DNA of 64,000 bases from the human T2T-CHM13v2.0 reference genome, Homo sapiens: NCBI RefSeq assembly GCF_009914755.1, contig NC_060930.1; one strand, given 5' to 3'. The notes below the pieces were generated by a model. That model searched no databases. It was given only the letters and a program-made list of their open reading frames with translations, and was not told the origin of the DNA. Both the position numbers and the translations under genes were made by a program. Position 1 is the stretch's first letter; each line of letters starts with the position of its first letter. This document shows, piece after piece, positions 1 through 13,790 of the stretch.

Positions 1-2312
1 TTAATTGCCCTAATCCAAGGAACACTGGCAGCTCCTCTGGGTCACCAGAGAAGTCTCCTTTGCATTATAAATGTTTTTTTCCACAGTGAAAATGCACAGT
101 TTCATTGGACATTCAAGTTGTACCAGGCTACCTGTGGAGTTGAAATGTAGTAAACTACTGCTGCTACATTTTAAAGGACAGTGTTGAGTCATCCTTTAAT
201 ACATTGTCACCTGCAAGTTGTTCCTTTGCTTTACTTAAGGACCCTTGTTGAAAATACACTTGTATAAGCAATTATCAGGGTCTTTTTTGGTTCAGCAAGC
301 GGTCTTTCTACTGTAGATTATACTTTCCAATAGACTGGCTGTGCCTTATTTTCTCTCTTGTTTGTAACCAAAAGTTGGCTTAGTCATTCAGCTCTTCCTT
401 TGTTGATTAGCTGTAGACATATTGGTTCCTCTTGAATTATTCAAATGGGTTTTCTTTTTTGTATAAAGCACACCAATGGTAGGAAAGTTCAATTCAACAT
501 CAAAGACCTACTGCTGCCCCTTTAAGGCCACTCTCTTTAGGATCCCTGTATTCACTCTTCTCTGCAGGTGTGGCTGCACCTGCACCTTAATTGTTCAGAG
601 TACTTGGGTGACTAGTCTATTTTCAAAGTGCTCTCTAGGAAAAACAATTGCACCACCAACCTTGATAATGTCTCCCATGATTTTATAATCCTTGCAACTA
701 GGGAAAGTTTAGTTTTTTCTACACATTTAGTTAAAGGCAACATTTTTTTTCTTACTCTATACAAATTGTATCTAGAAAACTGGGCAATATCATGGTTTTT
801 ATAATACAAATATGACTTGAACTGCTCCCAGTCAAAGATATTTACTCAGTTAAGCAACAATTGCAGAATAAATATTGATTGTTTCTATGTATTTCTCTTA
901 GGCATTATTTGAAGAACAGTGATACTTGATAGTCATTATAGAAAATCTAAAAACACAGACAGCCTTTCTCTCTCTCTCTGTTGACAATTAAGGCAGAATG
1001 GCTTTGAATGGCCAGACATCTGCTCTGTGCTGTTTTTACTTTACTTATATTTCCTGGAAATTCACTTAGAACATCTCTGTTAAATCCCTAAGAAATGGTC
1101 CCTTAGTCATAAGTATGGCTTCTCTGTAAACAAGACGCAGGTGGAATTGATGAAGAATTCCTGTTTTCCCATCTGCTGCATAAATTTAGGATTTTAAAGG
1201 TTTGATATGGAGAATGCAGAGTTCTCTATGAGACACTTGGTATTAAAATGGCGTGATAAGGAATTCAGACAAAGAACTAGGGCTCAAATCTTTCTTGTTA
1301 AAAGTATCTCAACTGAAATCTACTTGTTCACCTACTGCTGTCTCCTTACATTTTTCATGTGAGTTGTTATGAACTTGGAATGGGATTACTGTGGAAAGAG
1401 TGGAGGAAATTGACTTGAAACTTTTTCTGAAATTCTCTCTTCCATTTAGATGTGGACTTGGCAGTCTATGGAGCTAATGACATTATTTAAAGTTCACTAG
1501 AGAAAGCTCTATACTTGCCCCAGATTACAGAAAGTTTCTATGGCTTGATGCAGAGAGGGGAGCCCAGTCAGAGCCCAGGCAGAGCCCAGTAAACTTCCTA
1601 CATCAAGGAGAGGGAACCAAGATCCAGAAAGACCTAGAAGGCTAGAGTTTTCAGAACAAGAATACAGGAAAGAAAAGTGTTGTACAGAGAAGGAATCAGC
1701 ATACGTGTGGGATAAAACTGCTCAAGGCCCAGTAAAAATCTGTAAAAGGATTAGAGAGAATAGTAATTGGTGCTCACACAAGGCTGGGAATAGTGCCTTT
1801 TTCCACCTGCCATGGAAAATTCATCATTTACATGGCTTGAGTAAAGTACTAAGGTCTTGTGTTAGAAGAGGGATGTGGCTAGCCCTAGACTAAACTTCGC
1901 TCTGATCTTACTAAACAAATCTTAAAGGCAAGATCCAAAAGAAGAAAACAATTCTTGGAGTTATATTTCATATGTTCAAAAAGGTAGAGACATAGTATAT
2001 ATGACAAAGATCAAAATTGAAGCTCCAGAAATAAAAACTACTATGTGTAAGGTGAAAAATACACTCAATAAGATTAACTGGAGATTAGACGAAAAATAAT
2101 TTTCAAAATGTATACAAAGCATCAGTGAGCTGTAGGACAATTTTGAAGAAAATATGTAGGTGAAATTTGACTCTTCAAAGGAAACGGAGACAGAAAAATT
2201 ATTTAAAGACTAGCGGTAAAATTTCAAAATTTGAGCCACAAATAAGTTACACATAAAAGATGAAAAAAATATATATCATGGTAACACTATCACTAAACAA
2301 AATAAAGCTTGA

Positions 2313-2705
<393 letters not shown>

Positions 2706-4125
2706 TCAGTTCATTAAGAATATATAATAATCCAAAACTTGTTAGCCTCTATTGAATCTTGTACTTTTGCATCTTCAAAATACATGAAGAAAAATATGGT
2801 AAAACTGTAAGGGAAATATTCAAATTTATGATTCTTTTTAGGGGCTTCAATATATCTCTCAATAACTGATAGAACATGTAGACAGAACATCAGAAAGAAT
2901 ACAGAAGAACTGAACAATACTATCGACCTAAGAGTTGATAATTAATATTTATAAACAACTCAAAAACAGTAGAATACACATTTTTTTTCAAGGGCTTGTT
3001 CAACAAGATAGATAATACTCTTGGCCATAAATCAGATTACAATAAATTTAAAAGAATTCAAGTGATACAGGTTATTTTCTCTGACCACAATGGAATTAAA
3101 TTAGCAATAAATCACAGAGGAATCTCTGGAAAATGATCAAATATTTGGAAACTAAAAAAATACACTTTTAAATGACTTATGATCTAAGAAGAAATCAAAA
3201 AGGAAATTGAAAAGTAGTTTATGTTGAATGAAAATATAAACATGGTATATAAAAATTTGTGGCATTCCTGTAAAGCTGGGTTTATGCTAAAAGTTATAGC
3301 ATGAGATACTTATACTAGAAAAAAAGCAGTGTCAGATCGATAACTTCAGCTTCCACCTTCACAAACTGAAAAAAAGGGCAGATTAAATACAACATAAGCA
3401 GAGGAAAGGAAATAATAAAGATAACAGCAATGATAAATGAAATACCTAACAGAAAAACAATAGAGAAAATCAATGAAACCTAAAGGTGGTTCTTTGAGAA
3501 AATCAATACAACTGATAAACCTCTAGCCAGAGTGGTCATGAGAAAAAAAAAAAAGACACAAATTGCCAATACTGGGAATAAGAGAGATTCTAAAAATACC
3601 AAATGGATAATAAAATATCATAAACACATTTATTTCAATATATTTGAAAATTTGGATGTAATAAATTCCTTAAAGTACATACATTACCCAATTTCACCCC
3701 TTAAGAAATAAATTGTTCAGATAGCTATATATATTGAAGAAATTAAATTTGTAGTTAAAACCATTTTCACAAGGAAACTTACAGGCACAGATGGCTTCAT
3801 GGGTAAATTCAATCAAATATTTAAAGAAGAAATAATACTAAATCTGCATAAATTTTTCCAGAAAATTGATGAGGAAGGAATATTTCCAACTTATTCTGTG
3901 CAACCTGCATTGTCCTAATATGAAAACTGGATAAAAATATTACAAAAGAAGAAAAATACAGATCCATCTTTCTCATGAACATAGGATGTAAACATTTGAA
4001 CAGCATTTTAGCAAATTGAATCATACAATATTTAGAAAGAATGACATATTATCACCAAGTGGGATTCATTCTAGAATGCAAGGTTGACTTACCATTCCAA
4101 AATCAACCAACTTAATTTCACCATA

Positions 4126-5033
<908 letters not shown>

Positions 5034-5175
5034 CCATATTAACAAACTAAAACAGAAAAATCATCATTACCACAATAGATAGAGAAAACACATTTTTCCA
5101 AATCAAACATCCATTGCTGATAAAAATTCTCATAGATTAAAAATAAAAGAGAATTTACTAGAATGGAAAGAAGGT

Positions 5176-5487
<312 letters not shown>

Positions 5488-5539
5488 GAAGGCATCTATA
5501 GCATCCTATTTAATAGTAGAAGAGCTAAAGTTTTTCTTC

Positions 5540-5915
5540 TGTTATGGACTGCATTGTGTTCTCCAGCTCTAACCCCCAGTAGCTCAAAATGTGGCTGTAT
5601 TTTGATGTAGGGCTTTTAAAGAGGTAATCAAGTTAAAAAGAGGCTGTTAAGATGTGCCCTAATCCAGCTGGACTGGTGTCCTTATAAGACGAGGAGATTA
5701 GGACATAGAAGAGACACAAGGGATGCGTGCAGACAAAAGGCCATCTGAGAACACAATGAGAAGGTGACTGTCTGCATGCTGAGGCAAGAGGCCTCAGGGG
5801 AAACCAAACCTCTGTCTTGGATTTTGGCCTCCAGAACTGTGAGAAATAAGTTTCTGTTGTTTATGCTACCCAGTTTGTGGTATTTTGTTATGGTGGTCCT
5901 AGCAAAGTATTATAC
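5540..5915 (+). mobile_element. MLT1B-like MaLR solo LTR
   Basis: TGTTATGGACTG start; CCCTAATCCA...GACTGGTGTCCTTATAAGA; CCTCCAGAACTGTGAGAAATAAG. Confidence 0.85.
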
Positions 5916-6738
5916 CCCTTAAGACAGGAACAAGATAAAAATGTCTGTTCTTGCCTTTTCTAGCCAACCGAGACTGGCAGTTCTATCCAACGTGACCATG
6001 CAAGAAAAATTTTAAAAAACGAAAACAAAAAACAATAACAAAAAGAGAAAAATAGTGTGACCAATTCTATCCAGTGTTACCAGAAATGAGAAAAAGAAGT
6101 AAAATCCTATTTATTTATGTACAATTTTATTTATGTGACATCTAGAAAAACTGAAAAAACCTATAAAAATGTAGAACTAATAAGAGATTTTAGCAAACTT
6201 GTAAGAAACAAGATTAATATACTGAAACTATATTTCTTTATACTAGCAATAAAAGCTTGGTAAAATGTTTAAAATGCCATTTATAATACCTTGAAAAAGT
6301 ATGAACTACTTTAGGAATAATCTGACAAAAGTTTTAAAAGAGCGTATACACTGGAAACTATAAAATATTATTGGAAGAAATTACAAAACACACTAAAAGG
6401 ACGGTGTGTGTATGTGTGTGTGTTTGTGTTTTTGTTCTCCTTATGCCAGGAGACAATATTGTTAGGATGCCATTTTTTTTTCCAATTTGAAATGTAGATG
6501 CTATGCACTTTCAATCAAATATCCACAGAAAATTTTGTAGAAATGCACAAGCAGATTCTAAAGTTTTTGTAGAAATACCAAGAAACTAGAATAACAAAAA
6601 CAACTTTGAAAACGCAAATAAACAAGTATAAAGTTGGAAGATGCAAACTATCTGACCTATCTTGTGCCCTGTCCCAAGCCCAATGTCACTTGTCTTAAAA
6701 TTTTGTTATGGAAATACCCCATTTCTGGTAGCAATTTT

Positions 6739-7232
6739 TGTTTCAGTTATCTATCAGCATAAAATAAACTGTCTCAAAGCTTAGTGGCTTAAAACAATAA
6801 TATTTTATTATTTCTCATGATTCTGTGGGTGAATCTATCAGTATACTGGTTGTTTGAGACCGCTCTCGTGGCTGGAAGCTTGTTTTGGGCTGGAGCATTA
6901 AAGAGAACCTCCCTAGGTGTCTGGGTTGTGGCATGGACTGTTGGCTGGGGAACCCTGGTTCTCTTCCATGTTGCTTTTCTCTTTCCAAGTGGTCTCACTT
7001 TTCAGTTGTCTAGCCTCAGCTTCACACCATGGTGGCTGGTTTCCAAAAAAACAAATATGTTTCCAGGACTCTTATGGACTAATCCTGAAACTGGCACAGG
7101 ATTACTTTTACCACTTTACATTGATCAAAACTACTCAACAGGTTAGTCTAAGACAGGAAGTGGACTTCATTGATGGAAGTAGCAGGCATGTACAAGAATG
7201 GGAGGAATCAGCCTTCTCTGGAGACCATCCAT
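6739..7232 (-). mobile_element. MLT1H/G-like MaLR LTR
   Basis: CTTAGTGGCTTAAAACAATAA...TTTCTCATGATTCTGTGGGT, typical of antisense MLT1. Confidence 0.7.
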
Positions 7233-7414
7233 TCCTAACCCTTCATCGACACGATCCAAATAGAACACCTATTTTCTACTTCACCTTACTACTCCACGAC
7301 CGTGGTGGTATTTTTTATTTATTCTCAGCCCAAACTGTACCTCCTCTTTTGTAACTGCTATTTGCTATCTTATTGTGTTGCTATAATCACTTTCCTGTTT
7401 GAAGAATTTCCCAC

Positions 7415-7473
7415 CTTCTTTATTGTGACCCTGTTCTTTCAGCTTCTTTATTGTGACTCTGTTCTTTCAGCTT
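7415..7473. repeat. 28-bp tandem duplication (CTTCTTTATTGTGACYCTGTTCTTTCAG x2)
   Basis: Directly visible, one mismatch. Confidence 0.9.
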
Positions 7474-7840
7474 CCCTTGCAACTAAGGTATGACTACATA
7501 GCTTAGGGTCTGTCAAGTGGATGAACTTACCTCAAACTTTAAAGACAGAGTTGGTATAACTCTGACCAACTTTCCCTAAAAGGAGTGGATGATGAATCAA
7601 TATTATTTGTCTTGGAAGGTAATGTTGATGGTGCTACGTGCAGCATCCATGAACATCTAAATATATGAGTGGTAAAAGCTGCTTGCCAATATTGGCAATA
7701 TGTCCTCATCAGACCAACCCTTTGTTGTGTCTGGGCGTTATGTCTGGCTGGATGGCCATAAACCTGATTTTCCAGTCCTCCTAGGGACTCTGTGAACTGC
7801 CCAATAGCATTCTCACAGTTTTATTCTTCTTTAATGAGTC
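7440..7840 (+). mobile_element. LTR33-like ERVL LTR fragment
   Basis: CAGCTTCCCTTGCAACTAAGG and GACTCTGTGAACTGCCCAATA resemble LTR33. Confidence 0.55.
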
Positions 7841-7970
7841 AACGGTACCTCCAAACATGGCTCCCCTCCATCCTGTTCAAAGGTGCTCCCATAATCCAGT
7901 TTGCCAGGACAGAAAAACAAGTTCATCAGTATGTTTCCTTTTTCTTCTCCCTCCATATCTAATTATTCAA

Positions 7971-8529
7971 TGTCTTAGGTTGAGTTACCTAGAAACAGAA
8001 CCAGAGACAGGGCATTCAAGTGCACATGCTTTACTGAAGGAATCTTTAAGGGTGGGGGTGAAGCAGGATAGGAAAGAGGGAAAGAGCTGAGTAAGGTTGT
8101 GCTCTCAGGTCAAGCTTATCATTGGACTGATTTAGGGGTGAGCTACGAATATAAGTCTCAGTGCAGAGTTGTACTCTGTGCAGCCAAAGGTAGAGTGGTC
8201 AACCATCCCGGTTTTCCCAGGCCTTTCTGGGTACTAACCCTGAAATTTCCATGTTGTGGAAAACTTTCTAGTCCTGGGAAAGCTGGGATAGTTGGTCACC
8301 CCAGCACACATTTGCACCCCTGTATCACTCAGCTATTGACTATGGGCAACCATCTATCCAAGGATGGGGCATATCACTTCCTGGGAGAAGCAGATCCCAT
8401 CATTTAAGGGCAATTCGCAGGATAGGGTTTACAGCTGTGAGTCATTAGCAGCCAACCCCAACAGCAGCTGGAAGATGGGTCTTGGCCCTGTGAGTGAAAT
8501 TCAGGCAGGGCACCGATGTAGCATCTACA
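7971..8529 (-). mobile_element. LTR16-family (ERVL) solo LTR containing MER94
   Basis: TGTCTTAGGTTGAGTTACCTAGAAACAGA...GCATCTACA termini typical of antisense LTR16. Confidence 0.75.
8192..8302. mobile_element. MER94 (hAT-Blackjack MITE)
   Basis: Terminal inverted repeats AGAGTGGTCAACCATCCCGGTTT / AAAGCTGGGATAGTTGGTCACCC. Confidence 0.8.
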
Positions 8530-8549
8530 GCAATCAATGGTAATGTTAA

Positions 8550-9363
8550 CCCTTTTCCTGTTTGCTGGCAATGCTTGCGGCTGGCAGTCCTTGTGGCTGC
8601 CACGTTTACCCCAAGATAACTTTGCCATGACATATCTCGCTTTTATTATTATTTTCGTATTGCTTTAGTGTATTGACTTTGGAAACAAAAGACATCATTC
8701 TATTTAAACCATTCTGGTTTTAGTAGTAGTACTTCCATTTACAAAACATAGTCATTCTTGATTGCCGAAAATGACAAATCCTAGAAAACGTAGCATTCCT
8801 ATGCAAGATGTTAACATGGTTCTTAGTTGTTGGCCAAAGATTCATTTGATGAATTTAATTTTTCTGAAATAGACAATTCTGATGATTCAGATGATTCTGA
8901 TGTTAGTTCTGTTTAGAAATAACTCCAAGAATAGTTTTTATATTTTATTTTCACATTGAAAATCAATCAGGGCCAGGTGCAGTGGTTCACGCCTGCAATC
9001 CCAGCACTTTGGGAAGCTGAGGTGGGTGGATCACTTGAGGTCAGGAGTTCAAGACCAGCCTGACAAGCATGGCAAAACCCTGTTTCTACTAAAAATACAA
9101 AATTATCTGGGCATGGTGGTGGGTGCCTGTAGTCCCAGCTACTTGGGAGGCTGAGGCTGGAGAACAGCTTGAAACCAGGAGGCAGAGGTTGCAGTGAGTG
9201 AGATCATGCCATTGTGCTCCAGCCTGGGCAACAGAATGAGACTCTGTCTTAAAAAAAAAAAAAAAAAAATCAATCAATCAGATTTGCTTCATCCTCAGTG
9301 AGTGTGTTTATGTAAAATTAGATGAGTGCTGGCAGTGAATTGCATTTTTTTTTTTCCCTAAAC
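8550..9363 (+). mobile_element. MER75 non-autonomous piggyBac element (PGBD4-related), right TIR damaged, split by AluS
   Basis: TTAA followed by left TIR CCCTTTTCCTGTTTG; transposase N-terminal remnant MTNPRKRSIPMQDVN at 8771; body matches recalled MER75 consensus. Confidence 0.9.
8971..9269 (+). mobile_element. AluSx/Sz
   Basis: Full dimer with poly(A); TSD AAAATCAATCA. Confidence 0.9.
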
Positions 9364-9415
9364 AATTAATTTTCCCAACAAAAGATAAATCTTAGCAGTT
9401 CACTTCTCTTCATCC

Positions 9416-9471
9416 CTCTACACTTGTCTCTACACTTGTCTCTACACTTGTAGACAGTCTCTACACTTGTC
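9416..9471. repeat. 12-bp minisatellite (CTCTACACTTGT), about 4 copies
   Basis: Directly visible. Confidence 0.85.
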
Positions 9472-9675
9472 TAGATCTCCATCATTTACCACTGGAAATA
9501 CTGAGATTGCTTTTTAACAGACTCCCCAAGGAAAATTGGGCTGATGTTGAAAACCATAGAAGGCCAAAGCTGTGCTTTCCAGCAAATGACAATCTTTTTG
9601 TTTACATCTCAACTTTCTCATCTAAGAAACAAAGAAAACAATGATGCTGAAATTACTTTCTCTCTTGGGAATTTA

Positions 9676-9912
9676 CCCTGCCCAAATTCCACTCATGGGG
9701 CCAAGGCACCCATCTTCCAGCTGCTGTGGGTGTTGGCTGCTAATGACTCACAGCTGTAACCCCTGTCCTGTACTCTTAACTGATGGGATCTGCTTCTCCC
9801 AGGAAGTGATAAGCCCCATCCTTGGGGTGGGGGGGTGGCTGCCTATAGACAGCAGCTGACTAATACAGGGGTACAAAGCTTGCTGGGATGACCAGCTGTC
9901 CTAGTTTTCCCA
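9676..9912 (-). repeat. Inverted copy of 8275-8510 (LTR16/MER94 junction segment)
   Basis: Reverse complement aligns over about 236 bp at about 85%, including TCACTTCCTGGGAGAAGCAGATCCCATCA and TTACAGCTGTGAGTCATTAGCAGCCAAC. Confidence 0.92.
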
Positions 9913-10574
9913 TGTATGTCTGCACATGTTAGACATGCATACTCCATGCATATCTGCACATGTTTAGACATATTCCATGCCCACTATTTCAGGTCCATGC
10001 TCCACAGTGATGGATTTTATAATCTAGTCACCATTTGTTTGTTAAGATCACATAGTTTAATGTGAGAGAAAAGTGGTGTCTACAAGAAATAATGCAGGTA
10101 GAATGTGAGTTCATGAGTAGCCATTCCTATGTCATTCAGCACTTTTTTCCTAGATTCTAGAAACACTCCAGGAAAAGTAGGTAATTAATGAATACTTTTT
10201 GAGAGCTGATGAATGTCTGAATCAAGGGTGTATTTGGCATCTTCAAGGATATAAAGGATCATCACACAGATGCCAGCACATATATTTCCCATGCATTGGG
10301 GTGGCTTATTTCAAACTGGCTAAATATTAATTGATTCCGGAGGCTCGCGTCATATTCACAGGAGCTCTATTGGAGAAATACTGGCCTTGAGAGCAGCTCA
10401 CTGTCATGTGCCAGTCCACAGAGGCGAAACTCAGTCTGTGTCTCTGGATCTAAGTGTAAGTTCCCAGAGGTAAATCCATCTTGACCTAAAGATGCTGACA
10501 TCTGGAACAAGATAGTTCATTATAAAACAAATTCCAAAACAACTGGAAAGATACCTCATAAGATAATGCAGAAT

Positions 10575-10870
10575 AACAAAGTGGTTACATCTTGGCTTCT
10601 ATCATCAATGGTCTTGGTTCAAATGCCTGATTTGTTATTTTTTCAGCCATACGATGTGACCTGTATTGGTACTCCATCTGCATTGCCTTCTAGTATTATC
10701 CTGTCTTCATCCATATTGTGGAAACGGTGGAAGTACCTACATCATGTGGATTCTGTGAAGTTTAAATGAGTTTCTCTATTTGAAAAGTTAAGGGCAACAT
10801 CTGTCATATAGTAAGTCATATCCAGTGAAATATAATGTCATACCATATCATACTGATAAATGTTAGTTGT
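10575..10870 (+). mobile_element. MIR
   Basis: GGTTCAAATGCC...TGTGACC...TACCTACATCATGTGGATTCTGTGAAGTTTAAATGAG. Confidence 0.65.
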
Positions 10871-11044
10871 TATCAAAGCCATTATTAAAACATTAAGCAA
10901 TCTGGAATGGCAAAGCTGCCCACAAAGAATCTTCCAGATGATGCTGACTACTTAGTCCCCTTCTTCACTGAGGTTATAAATGGGGAAATGATATCTTGAA
11001 ACTTCACTACAATTCAATAAAAGAATGTGCTATGAGTGGGGTGA

Positions 11045-11535
11045 TGAGGTGCAGGAAATGCCACCATATGGAATGTTGGCATACTGAGTATTTTAAAAAG
11101 GAAATAGACAACATCATGTAAACACAGAGGTTACCTTCTGGCCTTTCTCCTCTGAAGCAGGCCATAAAAGAGTGATCTGATCTACCTTCCATGAAGGTAG
11201 GTCCTAAGACCCTTATGTTCTCTATACATGGAGGAAAGGAATGAAGACGCAGAGAAGACATGGCAAGAAGAATCTGAACAAACTGGCCCTCTAAGTCCAC
11301 CCCCCAAGTTTGTTGCTATCAGATCTTACTCTCTGGCAGTCAACCAAACTTCTGCATGACTGTTCACAGACATAAGGTGTTTCCCTGGTCTTCATTTCCG
11401 AAAGATCCCTTGCGACATAAAACTTTTATTAAGTAGATTTGTTATGCTTTTCTCTTGTTAATCTGTATTTTGCTATAGGGGTCTAGGTCATGAACCTAGA
11501 AATGGGTAAAGACACATATTTTTTTCTTCTCTATA
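11045..11535 (+). mobile_element. MER34/MER39-family ERV1 solo LTR
   Basis: GAAGAATCTGAACAAACTGGCC, TTTGTTATGCTTTTCTCTTGTTAATCTG. Confidence 0.7.
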
Positions 11536-12199
11536 GAGGCACGCTAAATAATAAAGAAGTTTATAAGAGCTTTCTTCCCAGGAAATAAATTTCTTTTTGA
11601 AAAGAGTATTAACTTTTATAAAACAATTATGAAAATAACTCAGCCAACATAGAAGAGTTAAGTTACAAATAGAAAAAGAAAGGAAAAGGAAATATCTTTC
11701 TAAATCATTTCACTCAGAAAATGAAATTGCCAATATCTGGTGAACTTGATTTCAGATATAGCTCTAAGCTTACATGCAGTTGAAGGCTTGATAGATGAAA
11801 TACTTTTACAAAAATTACACATAATATACATGATTCTTAAAATAACATTTTAAATGTAATTCTACTTGAATTTAAAGTGGATTATAGACTAAATAGGCAC
11901 TGACTAAAAGAACTTACATATTACTGAAATAAAAGAGATTATTAGCCTCTGAGAGAGCTCTCAGAAGCTAAGGTGATAAATTAAAAGCTCAACATTATCA
12001 TGTTATTGTAGCCGTATGAATCCAATTTGTTCAATATGTATTGATCTAAAATGGGGTAAGCAGAGGAAATGTGCACACTGCATTTTCCTCTCATCACCAA
12101 TCCTGAAGGCTGTCTGGCTTTTGTTTAGTCCTTGTTTTGTTTTGTTTTGTTTTTTAATGCATTCAATTTTCAGTATCAGTCCCTTTTATGATATTTCTT

Positions 12200-12930
12200 A
12201 AAAAAGAATTCTTAACTTGTATTTCATGTTTTCTTTGGCTGAATATCATATTCAAGATTATTTTCTCCAAAATTGCTCATGGGTATAGTATACCCTGAAT
12301 TTTTAAATGTTGCCTTTTATTTTTAAGTATAATTTTGTTGGTATAAATTTCTCAAATCTCTTTGTTTATGAGACATTTTTGTACAGTGATTCATATAATT
12401 CTTGATTAAGGGAGTTCAGAACTTTTCTAGATTATATTGGTACTAACTTTTTTTGTGTCATTACCTCCCCAGTACTGACTATACAAATTTGTACAGATTT
12501 TTCTCTTTTTATACCAGAAAAGTTCCCTACTTTTACATTCACGATACTTCTATGTATTACTTGTAAACTTGTCTTCTTAATGTTCAATCACCTTATTGAA
12601 AATTATATTTATGTTCATTTCCATTTCAAATCAACTACTTCTCACTTTACCGTATTCTTGACACATTCATTATATATTTTTCTTCTACAGCAGCTCTTAC
12701 TTCTGTAATAATTTAATGTATCTTGCCTCTATTATTTTCTCATTTCTGCTGGTTTACTTTTCATTCTCATACCATTATCTTACTTTCTTGAAGTCATTTT
12801 TTAATGATGAACATCACATTTTAAAATAATTTATTTAAAATAAATCTATTTACTCAATTCTCTGTTAATTCTTTTCATGATATATATTCTTCAAACTTCT
12901 GTTAAATCAACTTCTCACATCAATGTTTTT
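12200..12930 (-). mobile_element. Very old L1ME/HAL1-like ORF1 fragment
   Basis: T-rich degraded antisense LINE pattern (AATTTTGTTGGTATAAATTT). Confidence 0.4.
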
Positions 12931-12934
12931 TATT

Positions 12935-13790
12935 ATGCTCTGTTACATTAAAACCCATTGCTCTCACATTTTCAAAGGATACTTTACCCGAGGATAATTT
13001 TGCAACATCATGCAATGGTAATTTGGAAATTATTGGTTTACCGAGTTATGCAGATCTTCTAAAAGTTGCCAAATTTCATAATCCAGTATCAAAGAGATCA
13101 CATTCATTAATATCACCACAGCCTTATCAAGAAAGTCTTTAAATGATGGGAAGTTGTTGGTCTCAGAATAGTGGATATGATTTTTCCAAAATTTGAATTT
13201 TTCACATGAACGCTTGAATTTTATCATTAGCAACAAATGTCAGTTGTTTTCCTGTATATGACAGGTTCACTTCCCTTATTTTTTTTGACAAAATATCTGC
13301 CAAACTCTCAAGTCAAAATAACCAGTTTGTCAGTTTCTCAAGTAAAAATGACGTTAAATGAAAGAAGCAGTCATTTGCAAATGTAACAATGACGCGTGAT
13401 TTTCCTGGAGACAACCATCCCACTTTGGTAGGTACCAGAAATCCTTTATGTACTTCACATTTCATCAAACAGGATATTAAAAAAGACATGTACCCAAGGG
13501 TTGATTTTAATAAAGTTAACACTTTTTATTGCTTCAGTGAGGATATTCTTAAGTGAAACTGGCATCTTTCCCCACTGAATTGCTATGAAGAGTACAATGA
13601 CTGTTAGTTCAGATTGGTGACATTGCCTTGATTTGTGCTAAGCCCTCAGCTGTTTTACTCATTGCTTTTGCATCATCATTTGCAAATGTCAGCACAACAA
13701 CTAATATCTCAATATTGTTGTACAAACAGTTTTGACTTTATGTACTTTGGAGATGGTCTCAGGGAACCTCAGGAATCTATGGATCCTTTT
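12935..13790 (-). mobile_element. Charlie1 (hAT) DNA transposon fragment with transposase remnant
   Basis: Minus-strand translation PTKVGWLSPGK resembles the hAT-Charlie motif HTEVRWLSRGK; nucleotide similarity to Charlie1. Confidence 0.8.

Larger units (their letters stand above)
7850..10215 (+). mobile_element. L2 3' remnant in pieces (about 7850-7970, 9380-9540, 9985-10030, 10140-10215), host of the later insertions
   Basis: Pyrimidine-rich L2-like segments and a 3' tail resembling GTAGGTAATTAATGAATAC...TGAATG. Confidence 0.5.
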
